Program-made: the position numbers and the translations under genes
Shown here: positions 36,202 to 46,101 of the stretch, in pieces
Numbering within the stretch: the stretch's first letter is position 1
How the letters are laid out: each line of letters starts with the position of its first letter
Origin: an uncultured Candidatus Saccharibacteria bacterium
GTDB lineage: Bacteria > Patescibacteriota > Minisyncoccia > Phycocordibacterales > UBA9973
Assembly: GCA_964646765.1 (NCBI GenBank)
Contig: CAZYIA010000004.1
Coordinates: forward strand, 77,887-141,886
Direction of reading: 5' to 3'
Length of the DNA: 64,000 nucleotides
Notes under the pieces: model-generated
What the model was told of the DNA's origin: nothing
The model's database searches: none
What the model saw: only the letters and a program-made list of their open reading frames with translations

Positions 36202-36878
36202 ACATCATCGAAAACTTGCCTGACGATGTGCTTGAATTGCTCGACGAACTTGGGTTTGCCCTTGGTTCGGCGGGCGTCGAAATAGTGGAGTTCGACCTCG
36301 CTGGCGAGTGCTACGTCCATCACACCCAGAAGCCGATTGCGCTGACCGCCTACGCCCAGGTATCGCTACCATTCGCGCGTGGCCGCTTCCCGGACTTCTC
36401 CTTTCTCGACCTGATCCGGAAGCGGCCCTCAATGGACGAGCGCGAGGCCGCTGCGTTCGCGGCGGTTTGTGGCGTTGAAGTCGCTCCGCCCTTCTGGGGC
36501 AACGTCAAACCATTCGCTGCCCATCTTTGGAATGTCATCGACAAGTATGAGTTGGGCGCTTTTTTTGTGCGCACGGAGCGTAGCTACGGGGAGGGCGATC
36601 ACCAGCGCATGCGACCGCGCGGGTTTGATTGGAACGATCCGGAGCAACCGGAAATCCCTGGCGCCCTTGCGCAGTGGCGCAAAGATTTTCGCGCGCTTTC
36701 GCCGGCGCGGCAGCTTATGGTGGCGACCGTTCTGCAGCTCTACATGCAGAAAGACGACAAATACTGGATGGTCCGTGTGCCCAAAAAATGGCACGCCGCC
36801 GAAGGCGTTGAGATCCTGCGTGACGCAGGATATCTAAAGGATTGGTCGAGGTTGGTTGCCCTTTACCCCGGGTGGTGA
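36198..36878 (+). CDS. Conserved hypothetical protein
   Basis: TTGA overlap; ends LVALYPGW. Confidence 0.65.
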   Translation: MNIIENLPDDVLELLDELGFALGSAGVEIVEFDLAGECYVHHTQKPIALTAYAQVSLPFARGRFPDFSFLDLIRKRPSMDEREAAAFAAVCGVEVAPPFWGNVKPFAAHLWNVIDKYELGAFFVRTERSYGEGDHQRMRPRGFDWNDPEQPEIPGALAQWRKDFRALSPARQLMVATVLQLYMQKDDKYWMVRVPKKWHAAEGVEILRDAGYLKDWSRLVALYPGW

Positions 36879-36932
36879 TCGATCGTACCGCTTCCACGGG
36901 GAACCTTGTGGGCGAGGGCGCTCTCGTGGCGT

Positions 36933-36968
36933 AAAAAACCCCGTCGGACAAGTCCGGCGGGGTTGGGG
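36933..36968 (-). terminator. CCCCAA-leader terminator
   Basis: CCCCAACCCCG...CGGGGTTTTTT. Confidence 0.7.
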
Positions 36969-37001
36969 TTGCGCTTGTCGAGTGCGGTTGCCTGCGCAAA
37001 T

Positions 37002-37622
37002 TCAGGCGTTTCCGTCTCCGCGCAGACACCAGGCCGACGTTGTGTCTGCCAGCACGGTGCTGACAAGCCATACGCCGACTTCGGGCCGGATGATCAGGCT
37101 GTCCAGCCCATTCTGGAAAATGGACGCCGCCAGGTCGCCATTGCCGAAGTTGATGTGGACCGCCGGGACGTGGGAGTCATCCACGCCTGGCGTATTGCCG
37201 ACCTCGATTGTGACGCCGATGCCGTTGTCGTCCGTGTGGCCTTCGACAGGCTCGACATCCAGGTAGACCTGACCATTGCTCTGCCGCTGATCGGACATGC
37301 GGAAATTATAGGTGGCGCCGGTCTTCTGGTCGCCGCCGTATTTTTCCGAGTTCCAGTGGGCAGCGGGGACCACGTCATCCGCGGGGGCGCGCTTCGCTTC
37401 GTCAGGCAGACCGCGATGCACCGCATCCCAGTCGATGACGGTGCCCTCCGGCCTTTCCGTGCCGAACACCTTGGCAGGAATGCCGAGCGCGGAGGAAATG
37501 CCGGCTGCAGCCTCGGTGGCAAGATCGGAGCCGGGCATTGCGGCCAGGACCTTCTTCCCGTTGAGGAATAGCGCGGATTCGCCGCTGCGAAGCGCGACGA
37601 GAAGGAGCAAAGGATTTCTCAT
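37002..37622 (-). CDS. Hypothetical protein (C-terminal domain shared with 41594..42355)
   Basis: AGGAGG RBS; KYGG...DQR..NG...VPAVHI. Confidence 0.65.
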   Translation of the reverse strand: MRNPLLLLVALRSGESALFLNGKKVLAAMPGSDLATEAAAGISSALGIPAKVFGTERPEGTVIDWDAVHRGLPDEAKRAPADDVVPAAHWNSEKYGGDQKTGATYNFRMSDQRQSNGQVYLDVEPVEGHTDDNGIGVTIEVGNTPGVDDSHVPAVHINFGNGDLAASIFQNGLDSLIIRPEVGVWLVSTVLADTTSAWCLRGDGNA

Positions 37623-37630
37623 CTGGCCTC

Positions 37631-37843
37631 CTACGCGCACATGCCGCCGTCCGCCTTGGCGCACTGCATCAGCGCCACGGCGAGTTGCTGGCCGTCGTAA
37701 CCTTCCTGCTCGGCAACGGCCATTTTATCGAAGGGGAGCATCCCGAATCGAACAAGGGTTTTCTCGTTGTCGTCCATCGTGACCCAGAGCGATTGGGCCT
37801 TGGCGACGCACAGTTGTGCGTCCAGCGTTTGTTTTTCGAGCAT
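37631..37843 (-). CDS. Small hypothetical protein
   Basis: MLEKQTL; GGGAG RBS. Confidence 0.6.
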   Translation of the reverse strand: MLEKQTLDAQLCVAKAQSLWVTMDDNEKTLVRFGMLPFDKMAVAEQEGYDGQQLAVALMQCAKADGGMCA

Positions 37844-37855
37844 CTTGAATCTCCC

Positions 37856-37914
37856 GCAATAGCCGGCACTCACCTTGAGCGCCTGTCAGCCTTGCGGGAG
37901 AGAAAGCGGGTTGC
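37856..37914 (-). promoter_or_regulatory. Conserved leader element copy 9
   Basis: GCAA-N15-GCAAGGCTG...GGCGCTC AAGGT GAGTGCC GGCTATTGC then GGAG. Confidence 0.75.
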
Positions 37915-37927
37915 GGAGGCGTGGAAA

Positions 37928-38391
37928 CGCAGAAATGGGTACGCATTGGTGCAGCCAGGAGCGATTGCGGGCGCAGAAACCGGTACGCGGGTGGACGGAT
38001 TTCGCGCAGAAACGGGTACGTCTGGTCTTGCCTGGGGCTGACGCAGAAACCGGTACGCCTGAAACCGAAGTGCGCCTAACGCAGAAACCAGTACGCTGCA
38101 CCCAATCGTGCCCAATCGCGACGTGGGTAACCCTGTGGAAATCGGAAATTATCCACGCAGAAGTCGGTACGCGCAGGGCGCAGAAATTGGTACGCGTGGC
38201 GAAGAAACGGGTACGCGTGCCGAAGAATTGGGTACGGATGGCGCAGAAAGTGGTACGGGAGCAGCCTGAAACCCCCACGGGGCGTGGCGATCCGGCCGAT
38301 CCCTGTAGTGGTGTTGGGGGTAGTGCTATGTCTATCAAATTGTCGTGACGCATCACCTGTGGACAAGAAACAACCCGTACCCAATTCTGCG
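37928..38391 (+). repeat. oriV: ten direct 17-bp iterons CGCAGAAAnnGGTACGC, one inverted copy, and DnaA-box-like sites
   Basis: Iterons from 37928 to 38258; inverted copy 38375-38391; TTATCCACG at 38149, TGTGGACAA at ~38358; directly upstream of repA. Confidence 0.88.
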
Positions 38392-38414
38392 TTACAAGCG
38401 CTTCTTTTTTCGCT

Positions 38415-39443
38415 ATGGTCGCGCAAACCCAGCTACCGGAGAGGTTGCACATGGATTCGGACGACGTGGATGAAAGGGGCAAGGTTCTCGACTTCAAAGC
38501 CAAAGGCAAACGCGACAACCGCTTTCAGCGTCTGTACGAAGAAGCGCTTGCCATCGAGAAGGAGGAGGCGGCCAGGAGCGGCAACCTGGGTTTCATGGCG
38601 AGAAGCCTTGTTCAAGCGACGCTTCCCTACCGAGAGCCCAAGGGATCTCCTCCAGCCTGGGGCCGCACCAACGGCGAAATCTCCCTTGTCATTCAGCCGG
38701 GCTATTACTTCAGAAAAGAAGCGGTCATCAGCAGAGCGGGGAAAAAACTGCGCGACGAGCAGATCCCGGTATCGCTTGGCTATCCCTACGGGTCAAACCC
38801 GCGCTTGATTCTCGCCTGGGTCGCCACCGAAGTTGTTCGGACCAAGAAGAGGGAGCTCGTGCTTGGTGACAGCATGACGGATTTCATGACCCAGATCGGC
38901 ATCCAGAATGCGACTGGTGGAAAGCGTGGAACCATCACGGCGCTGAAAGAGCAGATGCGCCGGCTTTTCGCGGCAAATATCGCCATCACGACCGATCCCA
39001 ATTCGGTGAACTGGGCGAACGACGGCTTCAGGGTGGCCGACAGTTCCAGCTTCTGGTGGGATCCGGTCAATCCGGCGCAGCCGAGCCTTTTTCAGTCGAC
39101 ACTGGTCTTGTCGGAGCGGTTTTACAGCGAGCTGGTCCAACATCCGGTTCCCATCGACTTGCGCGCCGTCCGCGCGCTACGGCAAAGCCCGATGGCATTG
39201 GATGTTTACAGTTGGCTGACGTGGCGCTTCTATGCGTTGTCCCGGCGCACCCAGATTCCATGGGAAGCGCTCCAGATGCAGTTCGGCACCGAAATCAAGA
39301 GCATCCGGAAGTTCAGGCAAACCTTCAATGATGCGTTGAAGCAGGTGTTGACCGTGTACCCGGCCGCCAAGGTTGAGCCAACAACGTCTTCGCTGATCCT
39401 GTTGCCGTCCAACACCAGTATTCCGCGGCTCTCGAAAAATTAA
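38415..39443 (+). CDS. repA: Plasmid replication initiator RepA (RepA_C family)
   Basis: GFMARSLVQATLPYR, YPYGSNPRLILAW, LSERFY, VPIDLRA...SPMALDVYSWL; iterons upstream. Confidence 0.88.
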   Translation: MVAQTQLPERLHMDSDDVDERGKVLDFKAKGKRDNRFQRLYEEALAIEKEEAARSGNLGFMARSLVQATLPYREPKGSPPAWGRTNGEISLVIQPGYYFRKEAVISRAGKKLRDEQIPVSLGYPYGSNPRLILAWVATEVVRTKKRELVLGDSMTDFMTQIGIQNATGGKRGTITALKEQMRRLFAANIAITTDPNSVNWANDGFRVADSSSFWWDPVNPAQPSLFQSTLVLSERFYSELVQHPVPIDLRAVRALRQSPMALDVYSWLTWRFYALSRRTQIPWEALQMQFGTEIKSIRKFRQTFNDALKQVLTVYPAAKVEPTTSSLILLPSNTSIPRLSKN

Positions 39444-39594
39444 CGCAGAAATCGGTACGCTTCGCGGCTGTTCTGGCCTAATTAAGGTCATGGGAATTCG
39501 TGGTTCGCCTTTGTTTTTTCGTGCGCCAGAAATATGATCTTGCTATAGCAATAAATATATCCTATTCTTGCTGTAGACACAGAAGGGGCGGAAC

Positions 39595-39972
39595 ATGGTT
39601 GCTGCGATACAGGCCGGACACAAGCCGGATCCAGGCATCGTACTCGGGAAGGCAGTAACCCGAGCAGCGGATCGACTGGGCTTATCCAAGGCGCTTTTGG
39701 CGAGGATTATCGGCGTCAGCCCTTCGACCGTGACGCGCATCTACGACGGCAAATACCTTTTGGATCAAGGCCGCAAAGAGTGGGACTTCGCCCTCCTGTT
39801 CGTGCGCGTATTTCGGTCCCTCGACTCTATTGTCGGCAACGAAGGAACCGCACAGAAGTGGCTCCGAAGCCAGAACCAGGCACTAAACGGCCGTCCGATC
39901 GAATTGATGACCAATACCGAAGGGTTGGTGCGGGTTGCCCACTATCTGGATGCCTCACGCGGTCTCGTCTGA
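39595..39972 (+). CDS. Xre/MbcA/ParS antitoxin
   Basis: HTH LARIIGVSPSTV; WLRSQNQALNGRPIELM...YLDA. Confidence 0.85.
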   Translation: MVAAIQAGHKPDPGIVLGKAVTRAADRLGLSKALLARIIGVSPSTVTRIYDGKYLLDQGRKEWDFALLFVRVFRSLDSIVGNEGTAQKWLRSQNQALNGRPIELMTNTEGLVRVAHYLDASRGLV

Positions 39973-40645
39973 GGCGTCCCTCTTCCGGGGTGCGATCTGG
40001 CGCATGGTCGAGGCCCAGCACATTGCCTCGACCATGAAGATCGTCGATTCCAAAGACGAGCAAGACATCCTTGAGGGCTTGCTTGAGCGCAGCAAACCTC
40101 CTCTGCCGGCGGGTATCGAAGACCTCGATTACTTGCTGGCGACGCCATTTCGCTATGATCCACGACGCCATGGTTCGCGCTTCCGTGCCAATACCGATCC
40201 CGGCGTCTATTACGGCGCCGAGTCGGTCAGGACGGCGGGGGCAGAACTCGGATACTGGCGTTGGCGATTCCTGAAGGACGCTCTCGAACTCGATCGGGTT
40301 GAGCCCGTGGCCCATACGGCATTCAGCGTTGATATCCGCACAACGGCGATCGACCTCCGCCAGCCACCTTTCAACCAGGACAGGGCGGTGTGGACCCACC
40401 CCGCTGATTATGCAGGCACTCAAGCCTTTGCACGCGTGGTTCGAGAAGCCGGCATAGGTGCGATCATCTATGAGTCGGTAAGGGACCCGGAACCGGCTTG
40501 GTGCGTTGCGCTGCTTCAACCATCCGGCTTTGCGATGAAGCACCCCCATCCCGAGTCACAGACGTGGTGGCTGGCGGTCAACCAGACGGAAGTGATATGG
40601 CGCCGAGATCACGAATCGATGACTTACTCTGCGGAAAATTGGTAG
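39935..40645 (+). CDS. RES-domain toxin
   Basis: WRMVEAQH, LLATPFRY, GSRFR, GVYYGA..TAGAE, YESVRD. Confidence 0.85.
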   Translation: MPTIWMPHAVSSEASLFRGAIWRMVEAQHIASTMKIVDSKDEQDILEGLLERSKPPLPAGIEDLDYLLATPFRYDPRRHGSRFRANTDPGVYYGAESVRTAGAELGYWRWRFLKDALELDRVEPVAHTAFSVDIRTTAIDLRQPPFNQDRAVWTHPADYAGTQAFARVVREAGIGAIIYESVRDPEPAWCVALLQPSGFAMKHPHPESQTWWLAVNQTEVIWRRDHESMTYSAENW

Positions 40646-40778
40646 CCACGTCAGTTGCGCGAGCGCCGCTCTCGATACCATCCAAAGTCTCCGGCCGCCA
40701 AAATCCGCCTTTACGACTTTATTAGTTGGGAACAGCGGCGCCAGCCTGTGGCGCAGAAATTGGTACGCCCGTGCATTG

Positions 40779-40822
40779 AAAAACCCCAGGCCGACGATGT
40801 CGCGCGCTGGGGTGGGTGGGGG
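40779..40822 (-). terminator. C-rich-leader terminator
   Basis: CCCCCACCCACCCCAG...CTGGGGTTTTT. Confidence 0.65.
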
Positions 40823-40826
40823 TACT

Positions 40827-41453
40827 TCAGGATGCCATCCGCATGCCGGGGGCATGGCGGTCAACGATGAGTTGGGCGATCTCCGCGAACGTACTTCCGG
40901 AGTCGGACAGCTTCTCGATGAACTCGGCTTCGGCCGCATCGATGCCGAGCAGCTTCAGGAATGCCTTCGGCAAGGTCGTGTAGCTGCCCAGGATGCCGGC
41001 GACACGAGGCATGTGACGCCAGGTGATCCCGTGACGCTTGCCAATCACGTCGCACGCAACACCCATCGCAGAGAATCCCTTGCGATCGCGTAGACAGTGC
41101 CGCGTTTGCGCGTATTCACCGCCACGAAGGGCGTCGATCCACAGCATGCGGATCGTGTCGATTTGTTGAGGCAGAACTGCGGGATACCATTCCCAGACAG
41201 CGGCCGCTCCAGAAGGGCCGGGGATCTCCTCGACCTTCTTCAGCTCCTCGACCGGGACCGACACAGACACGGATGCCATGAAACGGACAGCGCTGAGGAT
41301 TTCCGCGGTTGCGGTTGCGGGGCGTGGGCCGTGCAGGCGGGTGAACGTGACCGCCGCTGTTTCGGGCGTCCGTGACGTCACGACACCCCATGCACCGTAA
41401 TGGGGGCCGTTGTCGCAGAACCCCCGGTTGACAATCAGGTCTTGAGTTTTCAT
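40827..41453 (-). CDS. Hypothetical protein
   Basis: MKTQDL; WIDALRGGEYAQT...SAMGVACD...TFAEIAQLI. Confidence 0.65.
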   Translation of the reverse strand: MKTQDLIVNRGFCDNGPHYGAWGVVTSRTPETAAVTFTRLHGPRPATATAEILSAVRFMASVSVSVPVEELKKVEEIPGPSGAAAVWEWYPAVLPQQIDTIRMLWIDALRGGEYAQTRHCLRDRKGFSAMGVACDVIGKRHGITWRHMPRVAGILGSYTTLPKAFLKLLGIDAAEAEFIEKLSDSGSTFAEIAQLIVDRHAPGMRMAS

Positions 41454-41463
41454 TCCTGTCTCC

Positions 41464-41524
41464 TGCAATGGCCGAGGTTCACCATGAACCCCTTCGAAAC
41501 CGTTGCAGGAAGGAAAGTCATTGC
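41464..41524 (-). promoter_or_regulatory. Conserved leader element copy 10
   Basis: GCAA-TGACT-N9-GCAACGG...GGGGTTC ATGGT GAACCTC..CCATTGCA then GGAG. Confidence 0.8.
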
Positions 41525-41593
41525 GGCATGCCGGAAAACTTATAGCGGCGCTGCTGGCACAATTACCGCGTCGTTCAGCTTCAGGAGCCGCTT

Positions 41594-42355
41594 ATGCAAC
41601 CGTCTGATATTGGGCTTGCCGTGTACCGCCATTTCACCCGTCACGAGAGTGGCGAGTGGATCAAGGGGCAGTTCGTTCTGGCAATTCCGCCAGACACCGA
41701 CCCGACGCTGAATCGTTATGAGCGCACGGACAACGAAACGGACGGGGAGGGCGGGGCAGGGGTTTACCTCTTCGACACGCCCTCTCAGCGCCAGGCGTTC
41801 ATGCAGGGGCTTCTTGCGGCCGGCGATGACATGAGGCAATACGAGATGTACTCGACCAACCTCGGGTGTCCGGCGCTGATCCGCCAGATCACCGCGGTGG
41901 CGCTTGTCCTGGTGTTCGATCTCAGGGGACAAGACGAGATGTTTCAGGAGAAGCCCGCATCCGCGGGCGGTGCCGTTCCTGTCTACCACCGGCAGGCGAA
42001 GCAATATGGGGGCAACGTCGTTGCTTCTCCGGAGTTCATGCTGTCTGTCGCCGATCGCCGGATTGAGCGTGGAGAGGCCGCTATCACGCTTTCCCGCGGT
42101 GAGGATGCCGATCCCTCGAAGGAGCGGATCGATGTGGAGGCCGCACTGGAGACCTATCCGGGTGGCGCGCGCACGGTGCCGTGCCTGTCGATTTCACATG
42201 GCGCCGATCAACAGCGCCTTTTTCGGATCTACGCGCAAGCGAGGCAGGAACACTTGCTGCTGCCTGGGGCGGGTGTGAAGTTCAAGCCGCACCTCCTGCC
42301 AAGCGGGACAATGGGTTTCATCGTCTCACGCGAAGAGCAGAACCAGCACGCTTGA
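41594..42355 (+). CDS. Hypothetical protein
   Basis: AGGAG RBS; C-terminal domain similar to 37002..37622. Confidence 0.6.
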   Translation: MQPSDIGLAVYRHFTRHESGEWIKGQFVLAIPPDTDPTLNRYERTDNETDGEGGAGVYLFDTPSQRQAFMQGLLAAGDDMRQYEMYSTNLGCPALIRQITAVALVLVFDLRGQDEMFQEKPASAGGAVPVYHRQAKQYGGNVVASPEFMLSVADRRIERGEAAITLSRGEDADPSKERIDVEAALETYPGGARTVPCLSISHGADQQRLFRIYAQARQEHLLLPGAGVKFKPHLLPSGTMGFIVSREEQNQHA

Positions 42356-42368
42356 GCGGGCGGACGCG

Positions 42369-42881
42369 TTGAGGACGCCGTCCACTGCGGCCTGCGTGCT
42401 GGTTCTTTTGCTGGGCGCGGCATGGTTGCCGGCCGCGGCGAAAGCGGCAGCGCTCAAGGGACAGGTTGTTGCCATTTCCGACGGCGACACGATCACCGTC
42501 CTCGATGCAGACAGGCGACAGCATCGTATTCGTCTTGCTGGAATCGATGCGCCGGAGAAAGGCCAGCCATTCGGGTGGCGATCCAGACAGTCGCTTGCCG
42601 GCATGGTTTTCGGCAAGGCCGTCATAGTGCAATGGGAAAAACGAGACCAATACGATCGCGTCCTTGGTCGTATCAAGGTCGAGGCGACGCAGATGGATGT
42701 CAACCTTGAACAGATCAAGTCTGGCATGGCGTGGCACTATCGGCACTATGCGAAGGACCAGCCGGATGCCGAGCGGACCGCCTATGCTCAGGCCGAGCAG
42801 CAGGCAAGAAAGCAGAACGTCGGATTATGGGCCGACAAGAATCCCGTGCCACCGTGGGAGTGGCGACGGTTGAGGCGCTGA
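42369..42881 (+). CDS. Secreted thermonuclease (SNase-like)
   Basis: Signal peptide; ISDGDTI, RIRLAGIDAPE, RDQYDRVLG, GMAW, GLW, PPWEWR. Confidence 0.88.
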   Translation: MRTPSTAACVLVLLLGAAWLPAAAKAAALKGQVVAISDGDTITVLDADRRQHRIRLAGIDAPEKGQPFGWRSRQSLAGMVFGKAVIVQWEKRDQYDRVLGRIKVEATQMDVNLEQIKSGMAWHYRHYAKDQPDAERTAYAQAEQQARKQNVGLWADKNPVPPWEWRRLRR

Positions 42882-42888
42882 ACGAAGT

Positions 42889-43245
42889 TCAACTGCCGTT
42901 TAGCCCGGCAACCGGGCGGTCACAATCGCCGGGCGAGTCGCACCTGGATTTCACGCTATCGCTCGCGCGCTTTCGTTCGCGCGACACGAGTTCCTCGGCG
43001 ACATCCCGGGACAGGATCATCCGCAACACCGCTGCCGACGCCAGATCGTAGCCGCGCATGTCGAGCACGCGGAGCTTCAGTTTGGGTGAGGGCATCTCGC
43101 CCCCAAGAACATCGCCAATATAGGTTGCCGACATGCCGACCTTGGCCGCGAGCTCTCGCTGCGTCCAATTCCGGTCCTGCATCAGCGTCCGAATTTCAGT
43201 AGGCCAGTCCATTCGTGCAGAGTCCTTATAACGCCTTGACTTCAA
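42889..43245 (-). CDS. XRE-family HTH regulator
   Basis: WTQRELAAKVGMSATYIGDVLGG. Confidence 0.75.
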   Translation of the reverse strand: MKSRRYKDSARMDWPTEIRTLMQDRNWTQRELAAKVGMSATYIGDVLGGEMPSPKLKLRVLDMRGYDLASAAVLRMILSRDVAEELVSRERKRASDSVKSRCDSPGDCDRPVAGLNGS

Positions 43246-43697
43246 CGGGAGTCAAGAATAAGCTTATACTTGATTTGTGAAACAAGCGAAGCATCAGTCT
43301 ACCCTTGTCGTATAGATGATGCTTTTCTTATAGTGGGCTGCGTTGCACAGGGAAACGGACTCTCGAACATCGGACTGCAAAAGGGATAACCCGGATGTCA
43401 CCATCCGGGTTTTTTTCGGCCTGCCCCCCCGCAAACAGGCAAAAACATCGCCCTGGCCAGAAAAACTGGACGCAGGGCGAGGGGGGAGGGAGCCAGGCTA
43501 GACGCCCAACTCCTTGCGGACAGCCTGTTTCCGTTGCGGATACGGCAGGCCGCCGGGATGGCGGCAGGTCAGTATTCGCAGGCAGGCCAACCTCGACAGC
43601 ACGGGAACGTCTGGGTCCTTCAGCACGGCGGTCAGCCACGGTGAGGATTGATCGTATGCTGCACGGACCAGAGAGTGGAATTTCCTGATGCGGGGAC

Positions 43698-44291
43698 TCA
43701 ACATGCTGCGGCTCCTTTCTCGATAGCGATACGGAGAACAGGGCCGTTGTGCCCGAACGAACGGTAGATCTTCACCAGGCCACGCCGAACCAGCTTCACC
43801 AGGGCAGCCTGGTGCTGGCGGGACATCGTGTCGAAGGCTTTCGCGAATAGCAGGGCGCGACGCACATCCGGCATTGTCTGTCCGTTCCATGCTGCGAGCT
43901 TCTTCAGCGCCTCAATCTCGGCTTTTCCCAGTTGCATGGGCAACCTGGTATCGCAAGCCTTGATCGCCGTGTCGTACTGGGGGTAACCACAGAGTCGTAC
44001 CTCGTGCACGAGACGATCATTGACGAGTTCGCCGGCATGCAAGTGGCGCTCCTCGATCAGGCCAAGACTGAAGGCCGTGGGTGGATCGATCTCCCTGCCA
44101 TTCCGCCCTAAACCGTAGAAAAACCCGGTATCGGACACGGCACAGCGTGGAGAGGACACAAAACCTCCAATGACCCCTTGTCGCATGTAGGTTTCCCCGC
44201 ACGCGTTGTCGGGAACCTGATGCGGCTGACTGACCCACAGGCCTTCGGCAGTCATTTCGCGATAGTGAAAGGTGATTGCGGGTGACGTCAT
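43698..44291 (-). CDS. Hypothetical protein
   Basis: TGATG coupling; GGAGG RBS. Confidence 0.6.
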   Translation of the reverse strand: MTSPAITFHYREMTAEGLWVSQPHQVPDNACGETYMRQGVIGGFVSSPRCAVSDTGFFYGLGRNGREIDPPTAFSLGLIEERHLHAGELVNDRLVHEVRLCGYPQYDTAIKACDTRLPMQLGKAEIEALKKLAAWNGQTMPDVRRALLFAKAFDTMSRQHQAALVKLVRRGLVKIYRSFGHNGPVLRIAIEKGAAAC

Positions 44292-44836
44292 CACATTTCC
44301 TCCGACCGAACCGGACTGATGTGCCGTGTGCCGCAAGACCCGCAGTCATCGTCGCACATGGCCGACCACTCGTCCAACCACTCGTGACCGCAATTCGGGC
44401 AGACGTAAAAGTTGCGGAAAGTCGTGTTGTCATCTTCAACCAGGTGACGTTTGCCACAGGCCAGGCAACGCTCAATCCAGCGTTCTTCCGCGTCTTTCGG
44501 GCCGACCTGTTCGGTACGAGCGCCGCAATCGACGCAGGTGAACGGTTGATCCGACAGCAGGTAAACCTCATCCGCCTCCCTGGAGTCCGGTGATGTCTCA
44601 TCCTGCGCGTTCTCGACCCAGATCCACGCGAGCACGTAGGCACCGCTACCATCGCCGCCTCGGGATACCACAGTGACATCGTCGATCTCGATTTCACCAT
44701 CCCTGTGATGGGACTTGCGTGCCGCCAGCACGAACGGATCCGTCTGGTCAGCACCGAAGACGGCGATGCAATCGCCAAAAGTGAGTCCCTCTTTCCGCAT
44801 GTGGCGGAGTAGCGAGACAAGGGTGGTTGTTTCCAT
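44291..44836 (-). CDS. Zn-ribbon-rich hypothetical protein
   Basis: Four CxxC pairs; EIEIDD...GAYVLAWIWV module. Confidence 0.7.
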   Translation of the reverse strand: METTTLVSLLRHMRKEGLTFGDCIAVFGADQTDPFVLAARKSHHRDGEIEIDDVTVVSRGGDGSGAYVLAWIWVENAQDETSPDSREADEVYLLSDQPFTCVDCGARTEQVGPKDAEERWIERCLACGKRHLVEDDNTTFRNFYVCPNCGHEWLDEWSAMCDDDCGSCGTRHISPVRSEEM

Positions 44837-44848
44837 GATTCATCCTCC

Positions 44849-44901
44849 AACAAAGGCTTTCTCACCATGAGAGCTGGCCTTGTCTTGCTGAAAGAGGTTG
44901 C
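44849..44901 (-). promoter_or_regulatory. Conserved leader element copy 11
   Basis: GCAA-CCTCT-N9-ACAAGG...TCTC ATGGT GAGA..GCCTTTGT then GGAGG. Confidence 0.8.
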
Positions 44902-44959
44902 AGGGGAATGGAAAGAGCCACCGCACTCGTGAAGAGTGAACGGTGGCAAGGGGTAGTGG

Positions 44960-45493
44960 TCATGATGCGGCACTGAGATCACAAATGGCATCCCAGTCGA
45001 ACCAGGTGCACGAGATGACCTCGCAACCCGGATAGGCCGCTTCAGCAAGCTCTGCGGCATGATCGCTGTCGAGCGCATCGCAGTCATAGGCCGTGCGGAA
45101 CTTGTCACCACGATGCTCGTAGAGCATCACCCGGAAGGGCTTGAGCCCGGCCTGCTCGTGACATCGTTGCCGTTGCCTTTCGACGGCTGCACGAAACGGG
45201 ACGACATATTGCTCGCCGATACGCTGAAACGCGGAACCGAGATCGCGCGCTTCCAGTGACGCGCCAAGCGAGGACGCGGTTTCCCATGGGCTTTGGCCAA
45301 ATGGGCCGGGCCATGAGAGATGCTTTACTTCGAGCCAGAATACCTTCAGTTCGTCTTCAGTCGCGCCGGCAGACACCAATGCATCCATCAATACATCCAC
45401 TGGCTTATGCAGGCCGCCAAGCGCGGCATCGGTGAACTTCCGCCACTTGACGAGCACGACTTCCCGGCAGGGGCAGTTGAGTTGTGTTTCCAT
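44960..45493 (-). CDS. Hypothetical protein with DCxA...HA..AYPG module
   Basis: METQLN after AGGAG. Confidence 0.65.
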   Translation of the reverse strand: METQLNCPCREVVLVKWRKFTDAALGGLHKPVDVLMDALVSAGATEDELKVFWLEVKHLSWPGPFGQSPWETASSLGASLEARDLGSAFQRIGEQYVVPFRAAVERQRQRCHEQAGLKPFRVMLYEHRGDKFRTAYDCDALDSDHAAELAEAAYPGCEVISCTWFDWDAICDLSAAS

Positions 45494-45513
45494 GTTGCTC
45501 TCCTCATCGTCTT

Positions 45514-45615
45514 CAAGGGCCTTCACCACGAAGGTTTGCCTTGTATGGAAAGCAAGCGGTTGCCTGATGCACGAAAAAACCACCGTGAATCGTTTGATTC
45601 AACGGTGGTTGGGGG
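45514..45615 (-). promoter_or_regulatory. Terminator (45574-45615) plus conserved leader element copy 12 (45514-45563)
   Basis: CCCCCAACCACCG..CGGTGGTTTTTT; GCAA-CCGCT-N10-ACAAGG...CCTTC GTGGT GAAGG.CCTTG. Confidence 0.8.
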
Positions 45616-46089
45616 TTAGCCGTAACGCACGGCGAAAGCGTCGGCCATGTCGGCCACAATCAGGTCCTCGATCTGATCACCGGCATAGAGACTTCCATTG
45701 GCCCAGCACAGGTCGTCATCAGGTGTCGGACCGGGCTTCGCAGCGATGGCGTCAAGCAATGCATCCAGGCTCACGGCGCGTGTTTCAAGAACTGGCGCGT
45801 CGTCACCCACATGCATCTCCAGCCAGAACTGATCCTGGCACAACCGAACAGCGCTTTGCGCCGGCGCCCAGCATTCTTCACCGGCTTGCCAATAAGGTGA
45901 GGCGTCGGTATCCACCGTCAACACTTGGGTCGGGAGGTCCCGGCCGAACAGGGAAGTCTGTTCGGACAAACGCTTGTGCGCTGCCAAGCGCTCGATCAAC
46001 TCCGGAGTGACATGCACCACGGCGAAACCGGGCACCTGGGTGTGTGGCACAAGCGCCTCCACGACAAGACGTACAGATTGCTCATTCAT
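45616..46089 (-). CDS. Hypothetical protein
   Basis: MNEQSVRLVVEA; AAGGAG RBS. Confidence 0.65.
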   Translation of the reverse strand: MNEQSVRLVVEALVPHTQVPGFAVVHVTPELIERLAAHKRLSEQTSLFGRDLPTQVLTVDTDASPYWQAGEECWAPAQSAVRLCQDQFWLEMHVGDDAPVLETRAVSLDALLDAIAAKPGPTPDDDLCWANGSLYAGDQIEDLIVADMADAFAVRYG

Positions 46090-46101
46090 TACGTGCTCCT
46101 T

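Noticed and set aside
37928-38258. Iteron array as a CRISPR array
   Set aside because: Repeats are 17 bp and degenerate, spacers are short and irregular, there are no cas genes, and the array is directly upstream of repA.
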